Below, piece by piece: positions 10,417 through 20,964 of a stretch of DNA of 64,000 bases. Under the pieces are notes generated by a model. The model did no database searches. It worked only from the letters and a program-made list of their open reading frames with translations, and had not been told where the DNA came from. Both the position numbers and the translations under genes were made by a program. The number at the start of each line of letters is the position of its first letter. The first letter of the stretch is position 1. This stretch comes from Escherichia coli (GTDB lineage: Bacteria; Pseudomonadota; Gammaproteobacteria; Enterobacterales; Enterobacteriaceae), in assembly GCF_003334355.1 (NCBI RefSeq), contig NZ_QOWP01000002.1, one strand, 5' to 3'.

Positions 10417-11310
10417 TTATTTTTTTGCCTTTTTAGCGGCGAAATACGGCGTCCAGTCACCAGTTTCCAGCGCCTTGGCTTTCAGTTTGTCGAGGTTATT
10501 GATTACTGCGCCGTTGCTCCCCTTAACTGTCGGGGTTGTGGCTGCCGTGGTTTTTGCTTTTGGCATGATTCTGGCCTTCGATTCGATACGTTCCAGCAGA
10601 CGACCAATTGCTACGGGGTTGGTAGCTTCTGCCAGTTGCTTGCGCAGTTCAGCGTTGCGACCGAGTGCGAGAACAACGATTTCCGGCTTCTCTGACTCAA
10701 ACAGGATCGCGTTTTGTGTCTCGATGGGGATTTCCTCGAGTACGGCCTGCTCAGCTTCCTGATAGCCAGGAACTTTGAGAGCCTTAACACGTTGCTGATA
10801 TTTGGATAATCGCTCTTGATAGGCAGCCTGAAGCTCCTGCTCCTTCTGCTTGCGAGCCATCTCCTGTTGCTGGTACTTACCGTTATCCTCTGCCCACTTA
10901 GCCATGCGTTGCTGGTAGATTTCTTCATCGAAACCGATGTCATCATCATCCAGTTTTGGCATTCGCGGTGGTTGCGTGATTACCGGCTGCTGCTCGACGG
11001 GTTTCTGAGACTGACGCATCAGCTCTTTCAGCTCGCGGTCTTTCTCTTTAATCGTCTTGCGCAGGTGTTTTACCAGTCCATGCTCTGCGCCATCTTCGCT
11101 GGTTGGCGAATCCAGCTTTTCGTCACCAAAGTAGAATTCCTGTTCTGATTCGTCGTCATCAGTTTCAGTAGCTTCCTCTGCATCATTGCCGGAGGACTCA
11201 CTGCCATCTTCTGTTTCGACTTCTTCAGCCAGTTCGACATCATCAGGAATCTGCTCTGACGCGTCGGTTTCGATTTCAACTTCTGGTGTGTTTTCTGCCA
11301 TCTGGTCCAT
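10417..11310 (-). CDS. scaffolding protein, P22 gp8-like
   Basis: 297 aa, highly acidic N-terminus, helical/charged; between portal and coat. Confidence 0.7.
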   Translation of the reverse strand: MDQMAENTPEVEIETDASEQIPDDVELAEEVETEDGSESSGNDAEEATETDDDESEQEFYFGDEKLDSPTSEDGAEHGLVKHLRKTIKEKDRELKELMRQSQKPVEQQPVITQPPRMPKLDDDDIGFDEEIYQQRMAKWAEDNGKYQQQEMARKQKEQELQAAYQERLSKYQQRVKALKVPGYQEAEQAVLEEIPIETQNAILFESEKPEIVVLALGRNAELRKQLAEATNPVAIGRLLERIESKARIMPKAKTTAATTPTVKGSNGAVINNLDKLKAKALETGDWTPYFAAKKAKK

Positions 11311-11400
11311 TTGTTACCCCTGTTTACTCGATGTTCAGCCCATCGGAAGGCAATAGGGTGCCCGGCCTCATAAAGACAGCCATTGCACGTTATGGGTTAA

Positions 11401-13599
11401 TTACTGCTGTGGTTGTTGCTGAGTTGATTTTTGCAGGATGCTGCTGATGTCCATGCGCTGCGCATGACCCTGTGCCTGACTTTTCAGGACAAGCTCTGCA
11501 TCAGCACGGGCATTGTCTCCTTGCTGTTGCTGGAACTGTCCGAGCAGTTTCAGCGCCTCACGGATATCAGATTTTTGCTGGCTATCGGCAGATGCGAGGA
11601 TTTTCACAACATTTGCCGCAGCAACCTGAGCATCCGTCTGTGCCTGGAATGCTTTAACCTGAATGGCTGCCTGTTCGTTCTGCGCTTTCTGCAATTCAGC
11701 CTGACCAGCAAGAAGCTGACCTTGCGCTGCAACCATAGCCGGATCTGGCTGACTGGCCTGTTGTTGTTTCGCCTGTTCAACCATCTGCTGTTCTTCAGGC
11801 GTTCTCGGCTTGATAACGCCAGACAGAAGCAACTGATTGCGGTTGTATTCTTTAAGGTCGTCCATCCCTTCGCCGTCCATATTGTCGAGGATCATCGACG
11901 ATACAAGGTCGTGTTTCGGCGTTCCGGGCGGGATAAGTGCCAGCATGGAAAGTAACGACTTAACCGTTGCGTCACGGCGAGTAGCGAACGACTGACCGAC
12001 ATCGACAGTCACTTCATAGTTACCCTGCGAAAGGTCGTTAAGCGCGATAACCTGCCCTGTCTGACGGTCAACCACTTCACCAGTCATCAGCGCCACGTCA
12101 TCGCTGCCGTCCTCATTAACGATACGCATCGGCGTATCACTGCCATAGACCTCACGCGCCATAGAAAGCCACACAACGCCAGCGCGACGCATGGATTTAG
12201 CCATGTTGTCCATGTAGATATAGGACTGCGTGTCCATCCGGTTAAAGATGCTATCAACGGTATCGGTGGCGACGTTGCTCGGCATGTTCTCAAGCTGCGA
12301 CGCACCTGTAATTTGCTGAATAGCCGTTCCTGTGTACTGCAATAGCCCGGCAAGAGCAGGAGGCATTTGTGTCGGAGGTGTATAACTACTTACCTGAGCC
12401 TGCGCAGTAATATCGCCGTTTTTGTTTTTCAGACTGACCATCGGCAGGAACGCCGGGCGCTTTTTGTTGCGCTCCGCCCAATGAGTGGCGAGAGGACCAG
12501 GAATCATGTCAACATCAACTACAGGAATGCCATCACCGCCAGCCTGAGTGGCGTTATCTGCAATCATGGAAACCATCAGGTTCTCAAGACGCTGTGCATC
12601 CATCGCTTTTGCTGCGTGGCCTTCGATTCGCTCCTGATTATCAACAAATGAGCGACGACCATATACCGGGATGAGAGGAATATGTTCGCCCGGAATACGC
12701 TTCGGTTCTTCCAGCCATTCAGCTCCAGACAGAAGACCGCAATAAACTCGGCGTTTCTTCACTGTCCGCTCACCGATCAGTTCGAATGCACCATCGGTTA
12801 GCTCGTCGACAACATCTTTGATTTGCTCTTCATCATAGATTGCCGTTTCTCCGCTAACAGGGTTGCGCCACGCCGTGAGCTTCACCTTCTCTATGCGAAC
12901 TTCGTAGTAGCGTCCAACATAGATGGCATCGGGCGTTGACCAGTCATATTGAGTGCCAGTGTCATCACGAGAAAGGCTTGCCGCGATGGAATCAGGGTAT
13001 TCAGCCTCGAACGCTTTAGGCGTCATGGAGAACATTTCCATAGCCCACATAGCATCAGAGCGGTCATATTGCTTGCTGTCCTGATCGAAGAAGACGCATG
13101 TCGCTGGGTCGTAAACAGGAAGAAGGCTGATGCGTCGCTGCTCGTTACTCGGATCCATTTCATCTTCGTAATCGGCACACATGCGGAAACAACCGAATCC
13201 GCCCGTTACAGCATCATCAAATGCGTTATCACACGCTTCGCCACCGGATGTTTCCTGGTAGTCAGCGCGGAATTTGCCGTTCATCTTTTCGGCTAACGCT
13301 TCCGATGCCTTGTCATCCTTCGGCCTGAATTTAACGCTGATGCGATTCTGTCGATACTCGCCAATGATGCGATCACATTCACGGGCAATCTTATTCAGTT
13401 CAAAGCGCGGGTAATGCTCAAACCTGCCTTCATCAAATGAGTAACCAGCGTTTGTGCTGCCTTCCCACTGTGCGCCGGATACCCGGACGAAACGTTGAGC
13501 CTCAATAATCTGCTCACGCATATCCTGCGTTGCTGACCAGGCATTATCAAAGTTGCACAGCACCTTGCGATGCCAGTCAGTCATCTTTTTTTCTGCCAT
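11401..13599 (-). CDS. portal protein, P22 gp1-like
   Basis: 732 aa with long Gln/Ala-rich C-terminal helical extension typical of P22-type portals; follows terminase. Confidence 0.85.
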   Translation of the reverse strand: MAEKKMTDWHRKVLCNFDNAWSATQDMREQIIEAQRFVRVSGAQWEGSTNAGYSFDEGRFEHYPRFELNKIARECDRIIGEYRQNRISVKFRPKDDKASEALAEKMNGKFRADYQETSGGEACDNAFDDAVTGGFGCFRMCADYEDEMDPSNEQRRISLLPVYDPATCVFFDQDSKQYDRSDAMWAMEMFSMTPKAFEAEYPDSIAASLSRDDTGTQYDWSTPDAIYVGRYYEVRIEKVKLTAWRNPVSGETAIYDEEQIKDVVDELTDGAFELIGERTVKKRRVYCGLLSGAEWLEEPKRIPGEHIPLIPVYGRRSFVDNQERIEGHAAKAMDAQRLENLMVSMIADNATQAGGDGIPVVDVDMIPGPLATHWAERNKKRPAFLPMVSLKNKNGDITAQAQVSSYTPPTQMPPALAGLLQYTGTAIQQITGASQLENMPSNVATDTVDSIFNRMDTQSYIYMDNMAKSMRRAGVVWLSMAREVYGSDTPMRIVNEDGSDDVALMTGEVVDRQTGQVIALNDLSQGNYEVTVDVGQSFATRRDATVKSLLSMLALIPPGTPKHDLVSSMILDNMDGEGMDDLKEYNRNQLLLSGVIKPRTPEEQQMVEQAKQQQASQPDPAMVAAQGQLLAGQAELQKAQNEQAAIQVKAFQAQTDAQVAAANVVKILASADSQQKSDIREALKLLGQFQQQQGDNARADAELVLKSQAQGHAQRMDISSILQKSTQQQPQQ

Positions 13600-13600
13600 A

Positions 13601-15016
13601 TCAACCTACACCACAAGGAATTGAGTAACTGGAATAGTCGGGTTGCGCAGCCGACTCCGGGCAATGCATACACATCATCAGCGCATCAGCCAGGTTAGGA
13701 GATGGAATACCGAGCTTCTGCTTCATTTCGACCTTAGTCATTAGCTCCAGCTTCCCGTTGTTATTGAATTTGCGCTGAATCTGCGTCAGTTCTGCAAACA
13801 GCTTCTCCAGCATATTCTCGCCTATCGCTTCTTTGTCGAAACTCAGCATGTCGTCGGGGTCTGCATACTCACCGTGAACAACCGCCCGATATGTCAGATA
13901 CAGCCTGTCAGCCAGCGCGTAATAGAATTGCGCTCGCTTATTGCGGAATACATCGCCAATAGTGCGAACATTGTCGCCCTGTACGACTTCATCAGCCCAT
14001 GCTCCGGCCTGATATGGCGCATCTTCATCGAATGGCGATTCGCTGCCCTTGAACATCGTGGCGGTGATTTTCTTGCCGGAGAACGCTTCCGTTGTCTGTC
14101 TGCGTAGCCCGGCACCAACACCATCACCATCCCACAGGTAATGGTCAGCGCCGTCTTCAATCGCCAGCGAAGTAGCCCAGTCAGCACCCTCGTTGATGTC
14201 CATCAGCAGACCTTCGGCAATGCGCTTAACTACCGAACCTTGACGCGATGCGTAACCTTTAGCATCTGGCCCTGTATCTGACGGGTCATGTGCAGAAACA
14301 ACCGCGCCTTTCGCTTTCCATCCGAGTTTCTTGTGCGCATCGGTTGCGGCTTCAAGCCATTCACGTTTGATGATTGCCATATCACTTGCGCTTACCGGCT
14401 CACCAAGCCAGATGTGACGATACAGTGTCGGATTTCTGCGTTTACACTCTTCCATCTCCAGACGGAGAACTTCAGGAAAGTGCGGGTTGTCGGTGTAGTT
14501 CACCGTCAGCAGGCAAATATCATCGGGAGGATTTACAACGAATCGCTGATAGGTATCGTCGAGGATGTTCTTCGGGTTAAAGCTCACCCATATTTCGGAA
14601 AACGGCTTGCGGATGGTTGGGATCAGGATATCCCATGATTCCTTCGTTACCGCTTCCGCTTCTTCCACCCAGCAGATATCAATGCCTTCGAGCGATTTAA
14701 TCTTCGTCGGGTTGTTTTTGATGCCGTAGAACATGAATTCAGCATTCGTTCCGAGATGACGGATCATTGAACGCTGAATTTCAAACTCAGCCGAATACCC
14801 TTCACGCTCGATGGTGTCTTCAAGCAACCGGATTACCGAATCGCTGATACTGTTTTGCAGTTCACGAGCACAGAGAATACGCACTGGCTGCCGACGCGCC
14901 GCTTCAACAAGCAGTCTCGCAATTGCCCATGATTTACCGCTACCTCGACCGCCTTTGGCGACTTTGTAGCGATGCGCCTCAATGAACGGTTCAAAGATAG
15001 GATTAATCGAGGTCAT
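13601..15016 (-). CDS. terminase large subunit
   Basis: 471 aa, Walker A GGRGSGKS near N-terminus; overlaps small subunit stop. Confidence 0.9.
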   Translation of the reverse strand: MTSINPIFEPFIEAHRYKVAKGGRGSGKSWAIARLLVEAARRQPVRILCARELQNSISDSVIRLLEDTIEREGYSAEFEIQRSMIRHLGTNAEFMFYGIKNNPTKIKSLEGIDICWVEEAEAVTKESWDILIPTIRKPFSEIWVSFNPKNILDDTYQRFVVNPPDDICLLTVNYTDNPHFPEVLRLEMEECKRRNPTLYRHIWLGEPVSASDMAIIKREWLEAATDAHKKLGWKAKGAVVSAHDPSDTGPDAKGYASRQGSVVKRIAEGLLMDINEGADWATSLAIEDGADHYLWDGDGVGAGLRRQTTEAFSGKKITATMFKGSESPFDEDAPYQAGAWADEVVQGDNVRTIGDVFRNKRAQFYYALADRLYLTYRAVVHGEYADPDDMLSFDKEAIGENMLEKLFAELTQIQRKFNNNGKLELMTKVEMKQKLGIPSPNLADALMMCMHCPESAAQPDYSSYSIPCGVG

Positions 15017-15453
15017 TTTCCGAATAGAGTGCTCATCGGTGATGTTTCAATCTGGATTGCGCCGCCGTCTTTGCCTGTTAGCTCGTGATCAACCTTGTCG
15101 CGCCATTTATCCTTCTGTCGGTTCTTAAGCCAGAAGATGGCAGCGGTTGTATCAGGAGGGTAATACTTCTCAAGCGGAGTTTCGACAATTCTGTTTTCAA
15201 TAACACGAATATCGATGTCTGGAGCCACGAAGCCCATAGCTCGTTGATAAAGACGATCACTAACTTCTGCATCAGCGACGGCCTTACCTTTTTTTATGGA
15301 CTCCGAAAACTTAGGATAATCAAGCTTCCACTTGTTAATAGTTGACTCACTGACTTCAAAGAAATCAGCAAGTTCTGCATCGGTGTAGCCCAGCAAGCAC
15401 AGTTTGCGTGCCTGTTCGGCATACGCCTCTTGATACTTTGTTGGGCGTGCCAT
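15013..15453 (-). CDS. terminase small subunit
   Basis: 146 aa with HTH-like N-terminus (ELADFFEVSESTINKW), immediately upstream of TerL. Confidence 0.7.
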   Translation of the reverse strand: MARPTKYQEAYAEQARKLCLLGYTDAELADFFEVSESTINKWKLDYPKFSESIKKGKAVADAEVSDRLYQRAMGFVAPDIDIRVIENRIVETPLEKYYPPDTTAAIFWLKNRQKDKWRDKVDHELTGKDGGAIQIETSPMSTLFGK

Positions 15454-15455
15454 GT

Positions 15456-15698
15456 TTATGCTCCGGTAGTGAACAGGTCTAACGCTTCCTTCGATTTACG
15501 CACCGCTTCGATAGTGCGGGTCGTGATATCTGAGTTAGCGCCACCTGACTGGAAGTGAATTTTGAATAGCTCAAGCTTCAGCTCGTCAGTGCCAATGAAT
15601 TGAAATGCTTCTTCTGCGGCTGCGTTCTGGTTCATGACCAGTTTGTAAATCTCTAACTGGAATTTCTGTTCTTCAGTCATGGGAATAATCTCTGCCAT
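15456..15698 (-). CDS. hypothetical acidic protein
   Basis: 80 aa ORF abutting TerS start. Confidence 0.4.
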   Translation of the reverse strand: MAEIIPMTEEQKFQLEIYKLVMNQNAAAEEAFQFIGTDELKLELFKIHFQSGGANSDITTRTIEAVRKSKEALDLFTTGA

Positions 15699-15954
15699 TG
15701 TTGGCTCCGTTTATCCGTTAAAAGGGATATCAGTTAAGTTATCCCGTGTAGGGTATAAGCCATTGTCGAGACCACTCATTGAATGGCCTCTGCAATAACC
15801 GATGTCTTTCCATCAGTCCGCCACCACAAAGAATCTTTTTTGCCATAAGGCAGGAGGTTCATCTTTCAGTGGCTGCCAGTGTTATTTCCCCACTTACTGG
15901 CTTGGGTTGTTTCGTGGTACTGCCGTAATGCAAAAACTGGATTAACCTGCGAAA

Positions 15955-16485
15955 TCACACCATTCCGGGCAAATACATTTGCACTTCATTTGCCGCTCTC
16001 TCACGTGCAACATGAAGCAATCTTTTTCGCCCACCAACGCCCCACTTAGCCATTTGGCTTGCGCACTGGCTTATCGCTTTGGTTTCAGTATTGATGATGT
16101 GATCGATTCTATTCAGACGGGACATTGCGCCAACGCCGAGACGGACAACCGTTTTGAAAACTTCATAAACTTCGACTTCAAATTCCGGCTTAATCCATGC
16201 TGCATATCTGATTGCCAGAAGTTCAACCCCCCACACACCTGGTTCTGCACCACCTTTGATTATTTTAAGTGGTTGAATTTGTTCCAAAGTGCTTTTTTGC
16301 ACTTTGGCCTCCAGTGCTTTTATGAAGCGTTTTATCTGCGCGCTACGCAAAAACTGGCTTGGACGCTGTTGCTCTGTAGCCTCTTCATTTGCAACTGCTG
16401 CTGCATGGAGATCGTTTAAGTTGTAGCGTCCATCCTCATCAACACGAACGGACACACCATTGACAATAACTGTTGGGTACTTCAT
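15955..16485 (-). CDS. KilA-N domain protein
   Basis: VRVDEDGRYNLNDLHAAA…RPSQFLR…KGG…GVWGVELLAIRYAAWIKPEFEVEVYEVF matches KilA-N pattern; located between lysis and packaging genes. Confidence 0.65.
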   Translation of the reverse strand: MKYPTVIVNGVSVRVDEDGRYNLNDLHAAAVANEEATEQQRPSQFLRSAQIKRFIKALEAKVQKSTLEQIQPLKIIKGGAEPGVWGVELLAIRYAAWIKPEFEVEVYEVFKTVVRLGVGAMSRLNRIDHIINTETKAISQCASQMAKWGVGGRKRLLHVARERAANEVQMYLPGMV

Positions 16486-16620
16486 CAGTGATTACCTTTT
16501 AGTGATGAACCTTGTCACACAGGATTCCGGCCCACAGAAAGGCACCGATCACCAAACCGGCATCCTCAAGGGTCATCCTGAAAGGTTCTGTGTTCAGAAG
16601 TCGCGCGTGTGAAGCGCGTT

Positions 16621-16660
16621 TGTTGCAGATATAAAAAAGCCCCGCAAATGCGAGGCTAAA
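16621..16660 (-). terminator. rho-independent terminator downstream of Rz
   Basis: Minus strand reads CCTCGCATTTGCGGGGC then TTTTTTATATCTGCA; shares 15-mer with tR' copy at 18479-18493. Confidence 0.45.
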
Positions 16661-16830
16661 TCCTGGTATTTGTAATGACTGGCTCTTATCTCAACGCAGC
16701 CCCTTACCGCGCGCCAGATGCTCAATATCAAGCATCAGCAATGAGATGTTTAATCTGGATTCACTCCAGAAGTGATCACCACCCTGTCTACAGAGCCAGA
16801 TGTGAAGGATGATGAGTAAAATTATCGCTA

Positions 16831-17298
16831 TCATTGAAGGCATTGCGTCCTGATGTATTCCTGAAGCGTTCTCAGTGCTGTTTGGTCGCGGATAATTCCG
16901 TCCCGGATATCGAGAACGTTTCGTCCAGCAACTGGAGAGAGTTCGACGGTGGCATCATTGCCCATGCCGGAGGCGCCGGAGGTTTCGGCTGAGGATGGCT
17001 CAGGGCATTTTCCTTTGACGAGCACCCTGCCACCATTATCAAGCTTGCGCCGAAGAGCATCATTTTCAGCTTTCGCATCAGCTAACTCCTTCGTGTATTT
17101 AGCATCGAGTGCATCAGCAGCACGCTGGCGTTGCTGCATGTCAGTAATGGTGGCGGCCGCCTGCTTCAGCTCACTGACTTTTTTATCGCGCTGCTCTTTG
17201 TAGGTCATGGCGTTATCACGGTAATGATTAACAGCCCATGACAGGCAGACGATGATGCAGATAACCAGAGCGGAGATAATCGCGGTTACTCTGCTCAT
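16831..17298 (-). CDS. Rz: i-spanin Rz
   Basis: 155 aa with N-terminal TM and coiled coil; near-identical to lambda Rz as recalled. Confidence 0.9.
   Translation of the reverse strand: MSRVTAIISALVICIIVCLSWAVNHYRDNAMTYKEQRDKKVSELKQAAATITDMQQRQRAADALDAKYTKELADAKAENDALRRKLDNGGRVLVKGKCPEPSSAETSGASGMGNDATVELSPVAGRNVLDIRDGIIRDQTALRTLQEYIRTQCLQ
16872..17078 (-). CDS. Rz1: o-spanin Rz1 lipoprotein embedded in Rz (+1 frame)
   Basis: Signal peptide with lipobox (VAGC), proline-rich; nested inside Rz. Confidence 0.8.
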   Translation of the reverse strand: MRKLKMMLFGASLIMVAGCSSKENALSHPQPKPPAPPAWAMMPPSNSLQLLDETFSISGTELSATKQH

Positions 17299-17771
17299 AC
17301 CTCAATCTCTCTGACTGTTCCGCCAGCTTCTTTGAATTTTGCAATCAGGCTGTCAGCCTTATGCTCGAACTGGCCATAACCAGCCCCCGGCAACGAAGCC
17401 CAGATATTGCTGCAACGGTCGATTGCCTGACGGATATCACCGCGATCAATCATCGGTAAAGCGCCACGCTCTTTAATCTGCTGCAATGCCACAGCGTCCT
17501 GACTTTTCGGAGAGAAATCTTTCAGGCCAAGTTGCTTACGATAGGCATCCCACCAACGGGAAAGAAGCTGGTAACGTCCGGCTGCTGTTGATTTGAGTTT
17601 GGGGTTTAGCGTGACAAGTTTGCGAGGGTGATCGGAGTAATCAGTGAATAGCTCTCCGCCAACAATGACGTCATAACCATGATTTCTGGTTTTCTGACGT
17701 CCGTTATCAGTTCCCTCTGACCACGCCAGCATATCGAGGAACGCCTTACGTTGATTATTGATTTCCACCAT
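17295..17771 (-). CDS. R: endolysin (lytic transglycosylase), lambda R
   Basis: 158 aa [28 protein letters not shown]… essentially lambda R. Confidence 0.95.
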   Translation of the reverse strand: MVEINNQRKAFLDMLAWSEGTDNGRQKTRNHGYDVIVGGELFTDYSDHPRKLVTLNPKLKSTAAGRYQLLSRWWDAYRKQLGLKDFSPKSQDAVALQQIKERGALPMIDRGDIRQAIDRCSNIWASLPGAGYGQFEHKADSLIAKFKEAGGTVREIEV

Positions 17772-18078
17772 CTTCTACTCCGGCTTTTTTAGCAGCGAAG
17801 CGTTTGATAAGCGAACCAATCGAGTCAGTACCGATGTAGCCGATGAACACGCTCGTTATATAAGCGAGATTGCTACTTAGTCCGGCGAAGTCGAGAAGGT
17901 CACGAATGAACCAGGCGATAATGGCGCACATCGTTGCGTCGATTACTGTTTTTGTAAACGCACCGCCATTATATCTGCCGCGAAGGTACGCCATTGCAAA
18001 CGCAAGGATTGCCCCGATGCCTTGTTCCTTTGCCGCGAGAATGGCGGCTAACAGGTCATGTTTTTCTGGCATCTTCAT
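17755..18078 (-). CDS. S: holin/antiholin, lambda S
   Basis: 107 aa [20 protein letters not shown]… with Met1-Lys2-Met3 dual start. Confidence 0.95.
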   Translation of the reverse strand: MKMPEKHDLLAAILAAKEQGIGAILAFAMAYLRGRYNGGAFTKTVIDATMCAIIAWFIRDLLDFAGLSSNLAYITSVFIGYIGTDSIGSLIKRFAAKKAGVEDGGNQ

Positions 18079-18470
18079 GTCTTACCCCCAATAAGGGGAT
18101 TTGCTCTATTTATTTAGGAATAAGGTCGATTACTGATAGAACAAATCCAGGCTACTGTGTTTAGTAATCAGATTTGTTCGTGACCGATATGCACGGGCAA
18201 AACGGCAGGAGGTTGTTAGCGCGACCTCCTGCCACCCGCTTTCACGAAGATCATGTGTAGAAGGCCGCAGCATAACTATCACTGATGAGTTCAGGATAGC
18301 CAGTGGCACGGCTCAGTTTGGGTTGTGCTGTTGCTGGGCGGCGATGACGCCTGTACGCATTTGGTGATCCGGTTCTGCTTCCGGTATTCGCTTAATTCAG
18401 CACAACGGAAAGAGCACTGGCTAACCAGGCTCGCCGACTCTTCACGATTATCGACTCAATGCTCTTACCT

Positions 18471-18700
18471 GTTGTGCAGATATAAAAAATCCCGAAACCG
18501 TTATGCAGGCTCTAACTATTACCTGCGAACTGTTTCTGGATTGCATTTTGCAGACCTCTCTGCCTGCGATGGTTGGAGTTCCAGACGATACGTCGAAGTG
18601 ACCAACTAGGCGGAATCGGTAGTAAGCGCCGCCTCTTTTCATCTCACTACCACAACGAGCGAATTAACCCATCGTTGAGTCAAATTTACCCAATTTTATT
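18471..18700 (-). promoter_or_regulatory. late promoter pR' with qut, short 6S leader and tR' terminator
   Basis: Minus strand contains TTGACT …TAAATT promoter and GCCTGCATAACGGTTTCGGGATTTTTTAT terminator, matching lambda Q-S intergenic region as recalled. Confidence 0.7.
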
Positions 18701-18753
18701 CAAAAAGTCAATATCATGCCGTAAAGATGTTGCCATCCGTGGCAATCATGCCG

Positions 18754-19377
18754 CTAACGTGTGACCGCATTCAAAATGTTGTCTGCGATTGACTCTTCTT
18801 TGTGGCATTGCACCACCAGAGCGTCATACAGTGGCTTAACAGTGCGTGACCAGGTGGGTTGAGTAAGGTTTGGGATTAGCATCGTTACAGCGCGATATGC
18901 GGCGCTTGCTGGCATTCTTGAATAGCCGACACCTTTGCATCTTCCGCATTCTTTCTCAACAACTCTCCCCCACAGCTCTGTTTTGACAATATCGACCGCA
19001 CGGCCTGTACCGTGGCAATCTCTGCATCTTGCACCCGGCGTCGCGGCACTACGGCAATAATCCGCATAAGCGAATGTTGCGAGAACTTGCAGTACCTTTG
19101 CCTTAGTATTTCCTTCAAGCTTTGCCACACCACGGTATTTCCCCGATACCTTGTGTGCAAATTGCATCAGATAGTTGATAGCCTTTTGTTTGTCGTTCTG
19201 GCTGAGTTCGTGCTTACCGCAGAATGCAGCCATACCGAATCCGGCTTGTGATTGCGCCATCCCCATAGCAGCCATCACATCAGTACCGGAAAGAGAATCA
19301 GAAGCCGTGGCCCGTGGTGAGTCGCTCATCATCGGGCTTTTTGGCGAATGAAATTTAGCTACGCTTTCGAGTCTCAT
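18754..19377 (-). CDS. Q: late antiterminator Q
   Basis: 207 aa, Cys-rich zinc-binding region, lambda Q-like. Confidence 0.9.
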   Translation of the reverse strand: MRLESVAKFHSPKSPMMSDSPRATASDSLSGTDVMAAMGMAQSQAGFGMAAFCGKHELSQNDKQKAINYLMQFAHKVSGKYRGVAKLEGNTKAKVLQVLATFAYADYCRSAATPGARCRDCHGTGRAVDIVKTELWGRVVEKECGRCKGVGYSRMPASAAYRAVTMLIPNLTQPTWSRTVKPLYDALVVQCHKEESIADNILNAVTR

Positions 19378-19562
19378 CGTCTTCCCCTCTTGCCCTGTTT
19401 GACCATCAGGACGCCGTTAACTATTGCGTGACGCTCGCCTTTGCTGTCTCTGTTGTACTTGAGCACTGTTCCTCTTGCGCAGGAAAGCATCCTCGCCACT
19501 TCGGTCTGATTGCCTCGTGTCTGGATAAGAAGCTCTGGTATCGTTTGAATTGTGGCGTTCAT
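19374..19562 (-). CDS. ninH: NinH
   Basis: 62 aa …GNQTEVARMLSCARGTVLKY…HAIVNGVLMV similar to lambda NinH. Confidence 0.8.
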   Translation of the reverse strand: MNATIQTIPELLIQTRGNQTEVARMLSCARGTVLKYNRDSKGERHAIVNGVLMVKQGKRGRR

Positions 19563-19921
19563 ACGTTCTCCAGTTCGGTGATTTTTATTCCAAGCCCTCC
19601 GCCTGGTACTTTCACACCACGAATTACGCGAATGTCATCGAATTGCTCGTCGTCTTCCGCAAATCCGGCGTGGATAAGGGAGTCGAGTAAACCCTTCAGG
19701 ATGTTATCGAGGTCGCGGCGGCGGGAGTCTGGAACGTCTGCGATGACTTTGATGCGGAGTCTTGATTTGGTGAAAATGTCTAACTTGAGTTGGCGGATGA
19801 TTTGCTGAACGTCTTTTCGGTATTTCTGGCCTTTATCGCTGATGTAGTATTGGCTTCCCCGTCTTCGCCAGTAGGTATTCACCGACGGCGGGTAAGGAAG
19901 CACAAACTGATATTCGTTCAT
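19559..19921 (-). CDS. rusA: RusA-family Holliday junction resolvase
   Basis: 120 aa with LPYPPSVNTYW and DSRRRDLDN motifs. Confidence 0.85.
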   Translation of the reverse strand: MNEYQFVLPYPPSVNTYWRRRGSQYYISDKGQKYRKDVQQIIRQLKLDIFTKSRLRIKVIADVPDSRRRDLDNILKGLLDSLIHAGFAEDDEQFDDIRVIRGVKVPGGGLGIKITELENV

Positions 19922-20208
19922 GGCTTAATCTTCCCCTCCTTCAGCAGTATCGTCTGCGTCCTGATCACACCTTCGAGGTGGTAAAGTCTGGCGTCTTTGT
20001 TGTCGAGATTATGGGTGCGTCGGTCGATTTCATCGTGACACGCGCTACAAGCCCATGCGCCGATCAGGTCTTCAGGCTTCATTCCAGTTCCGCAAATTCC
20101 AGCCATCCGGTAATGTGCCAGAACTGTAGTTTCAGGATTACCATTGCATACGCCGTAAATACGTACCTGGCATTCTCTGCCGCGTGCTTCTTTGCGTAGG
20201 TTAGCCAT
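19918..20208 (-). CDS. YbcO-like DUF1364 protein (nin region)
   Basis: 96 aa RGRECQVRIYGVCNGNPETTVLAH…CSACHDEIDRRTH resembles DLP12 YbcO. Confidence 0.7.
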   Translation of the reverse strand: MANLRKEARGRECQVRIYGVCNGNPETTVLAHYRMAGICGTGMKPEDLIGAWACSACHDEIDRRTHNLDNKDARLYHLEGVIRTQTILLKEGKIKP

Positions 20209-20933
20209 TAAGCAGCCTCCCCTGTTACTTTCAGCATTCCGTTATCGAGCAGCTTTCTGGTCAGCCACTGTTGACCACGCCCGGTGATTTTTGTGGTGAA
20301 CGATATCTGTATTCCGTGATTTGTATTGACCGCTGTTTCTTTCACTGTGAAATAGCCGCGATCCATATATTCCTGCATTGGCACATTGCGCCGGGAACCT
20401 GAAGCAATAAGGATTTTGTGATCACGCATCCACGCAAACAGTTTGTTTGGACCAATACCGACAACCTTTGCAAAGTTTCCAATCAAAATTCCGCTGGCCT
20501 CGCCAACGCGATCGGCAAACTCAACTTTAGGTGCGGCAATTGCGAGCTGGTTTTCCAGCTGCATTTTCTGCTCAGCAAGATCAGCAGCAAGGCGCAACGC
20601 TTCCGGTAGCGTTTTGGGGATATTAACCGCAGCTTCTTCAAGCTCTCGCCAGCGGTCAACAAGACGAGCGGTGAATTCCGGCGACAACTGAGCGACGACA
20701 ATAATGCTGTCTCGCTTACCTTGTTCGCCTTCGAAGACGTAGAAATCACGCTTCCCGGTAATAACACCTAAATCATTGATTATGTTAGTGTGCTGCAATG
20801 CAGGAGGCTTGATAACGCCACGTTTCACCAATCTATCTATGGATACTTTTACATTGCTATGGCGGCTTTCTACCAGTTCGGCAATTTCGATACTGGTCAT
20901 CTTAACGGAAGAGAAACAAATTAAATTACTCAT
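20208..20933 (-). CDS. Rha-family regulatory protein with KilAC/ANT C-terminal domain (antirepressor-like)
   Basis: N-terminal MTSIEIAELVESRHSNV (Rha) and C-terminal GPNKLFAWMRDHKIL…GYF (KilAC-like). Confidence 0.75.
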   Translation of the reverse strand: MSNLICFSSVKMTSIEIAELVESRHSNVKVSIDRLVKRGVIKPPALQHTNIINDLGVITGKRDFYVFEGEQGKRDSIIVVAQLSPEFTARLVDRWRELEEAAVNIPKTLPEALRLAADLAEQKMQLENQLAIAAPKVEFADRVGEASGILIGNFAKVVGIGPNKLFAWMRDHKILIASGSRRNVPMQEYMDRGYFTVKETAVNTNHGIQISFTTKITGRGQQWLTRKLLDNGMLKVTGEAA

Positions 20934-20964
20934 TGCTATTCTCCGGTTTGCAAATTGTATTCAC

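Noticed and set aside
18100-18470. Cargo gene (for example a toxin) between Q and S
   Set aside because: Region is short, lacks a convincing ORF and matches the lambda pR'-to-S leader as recalled.
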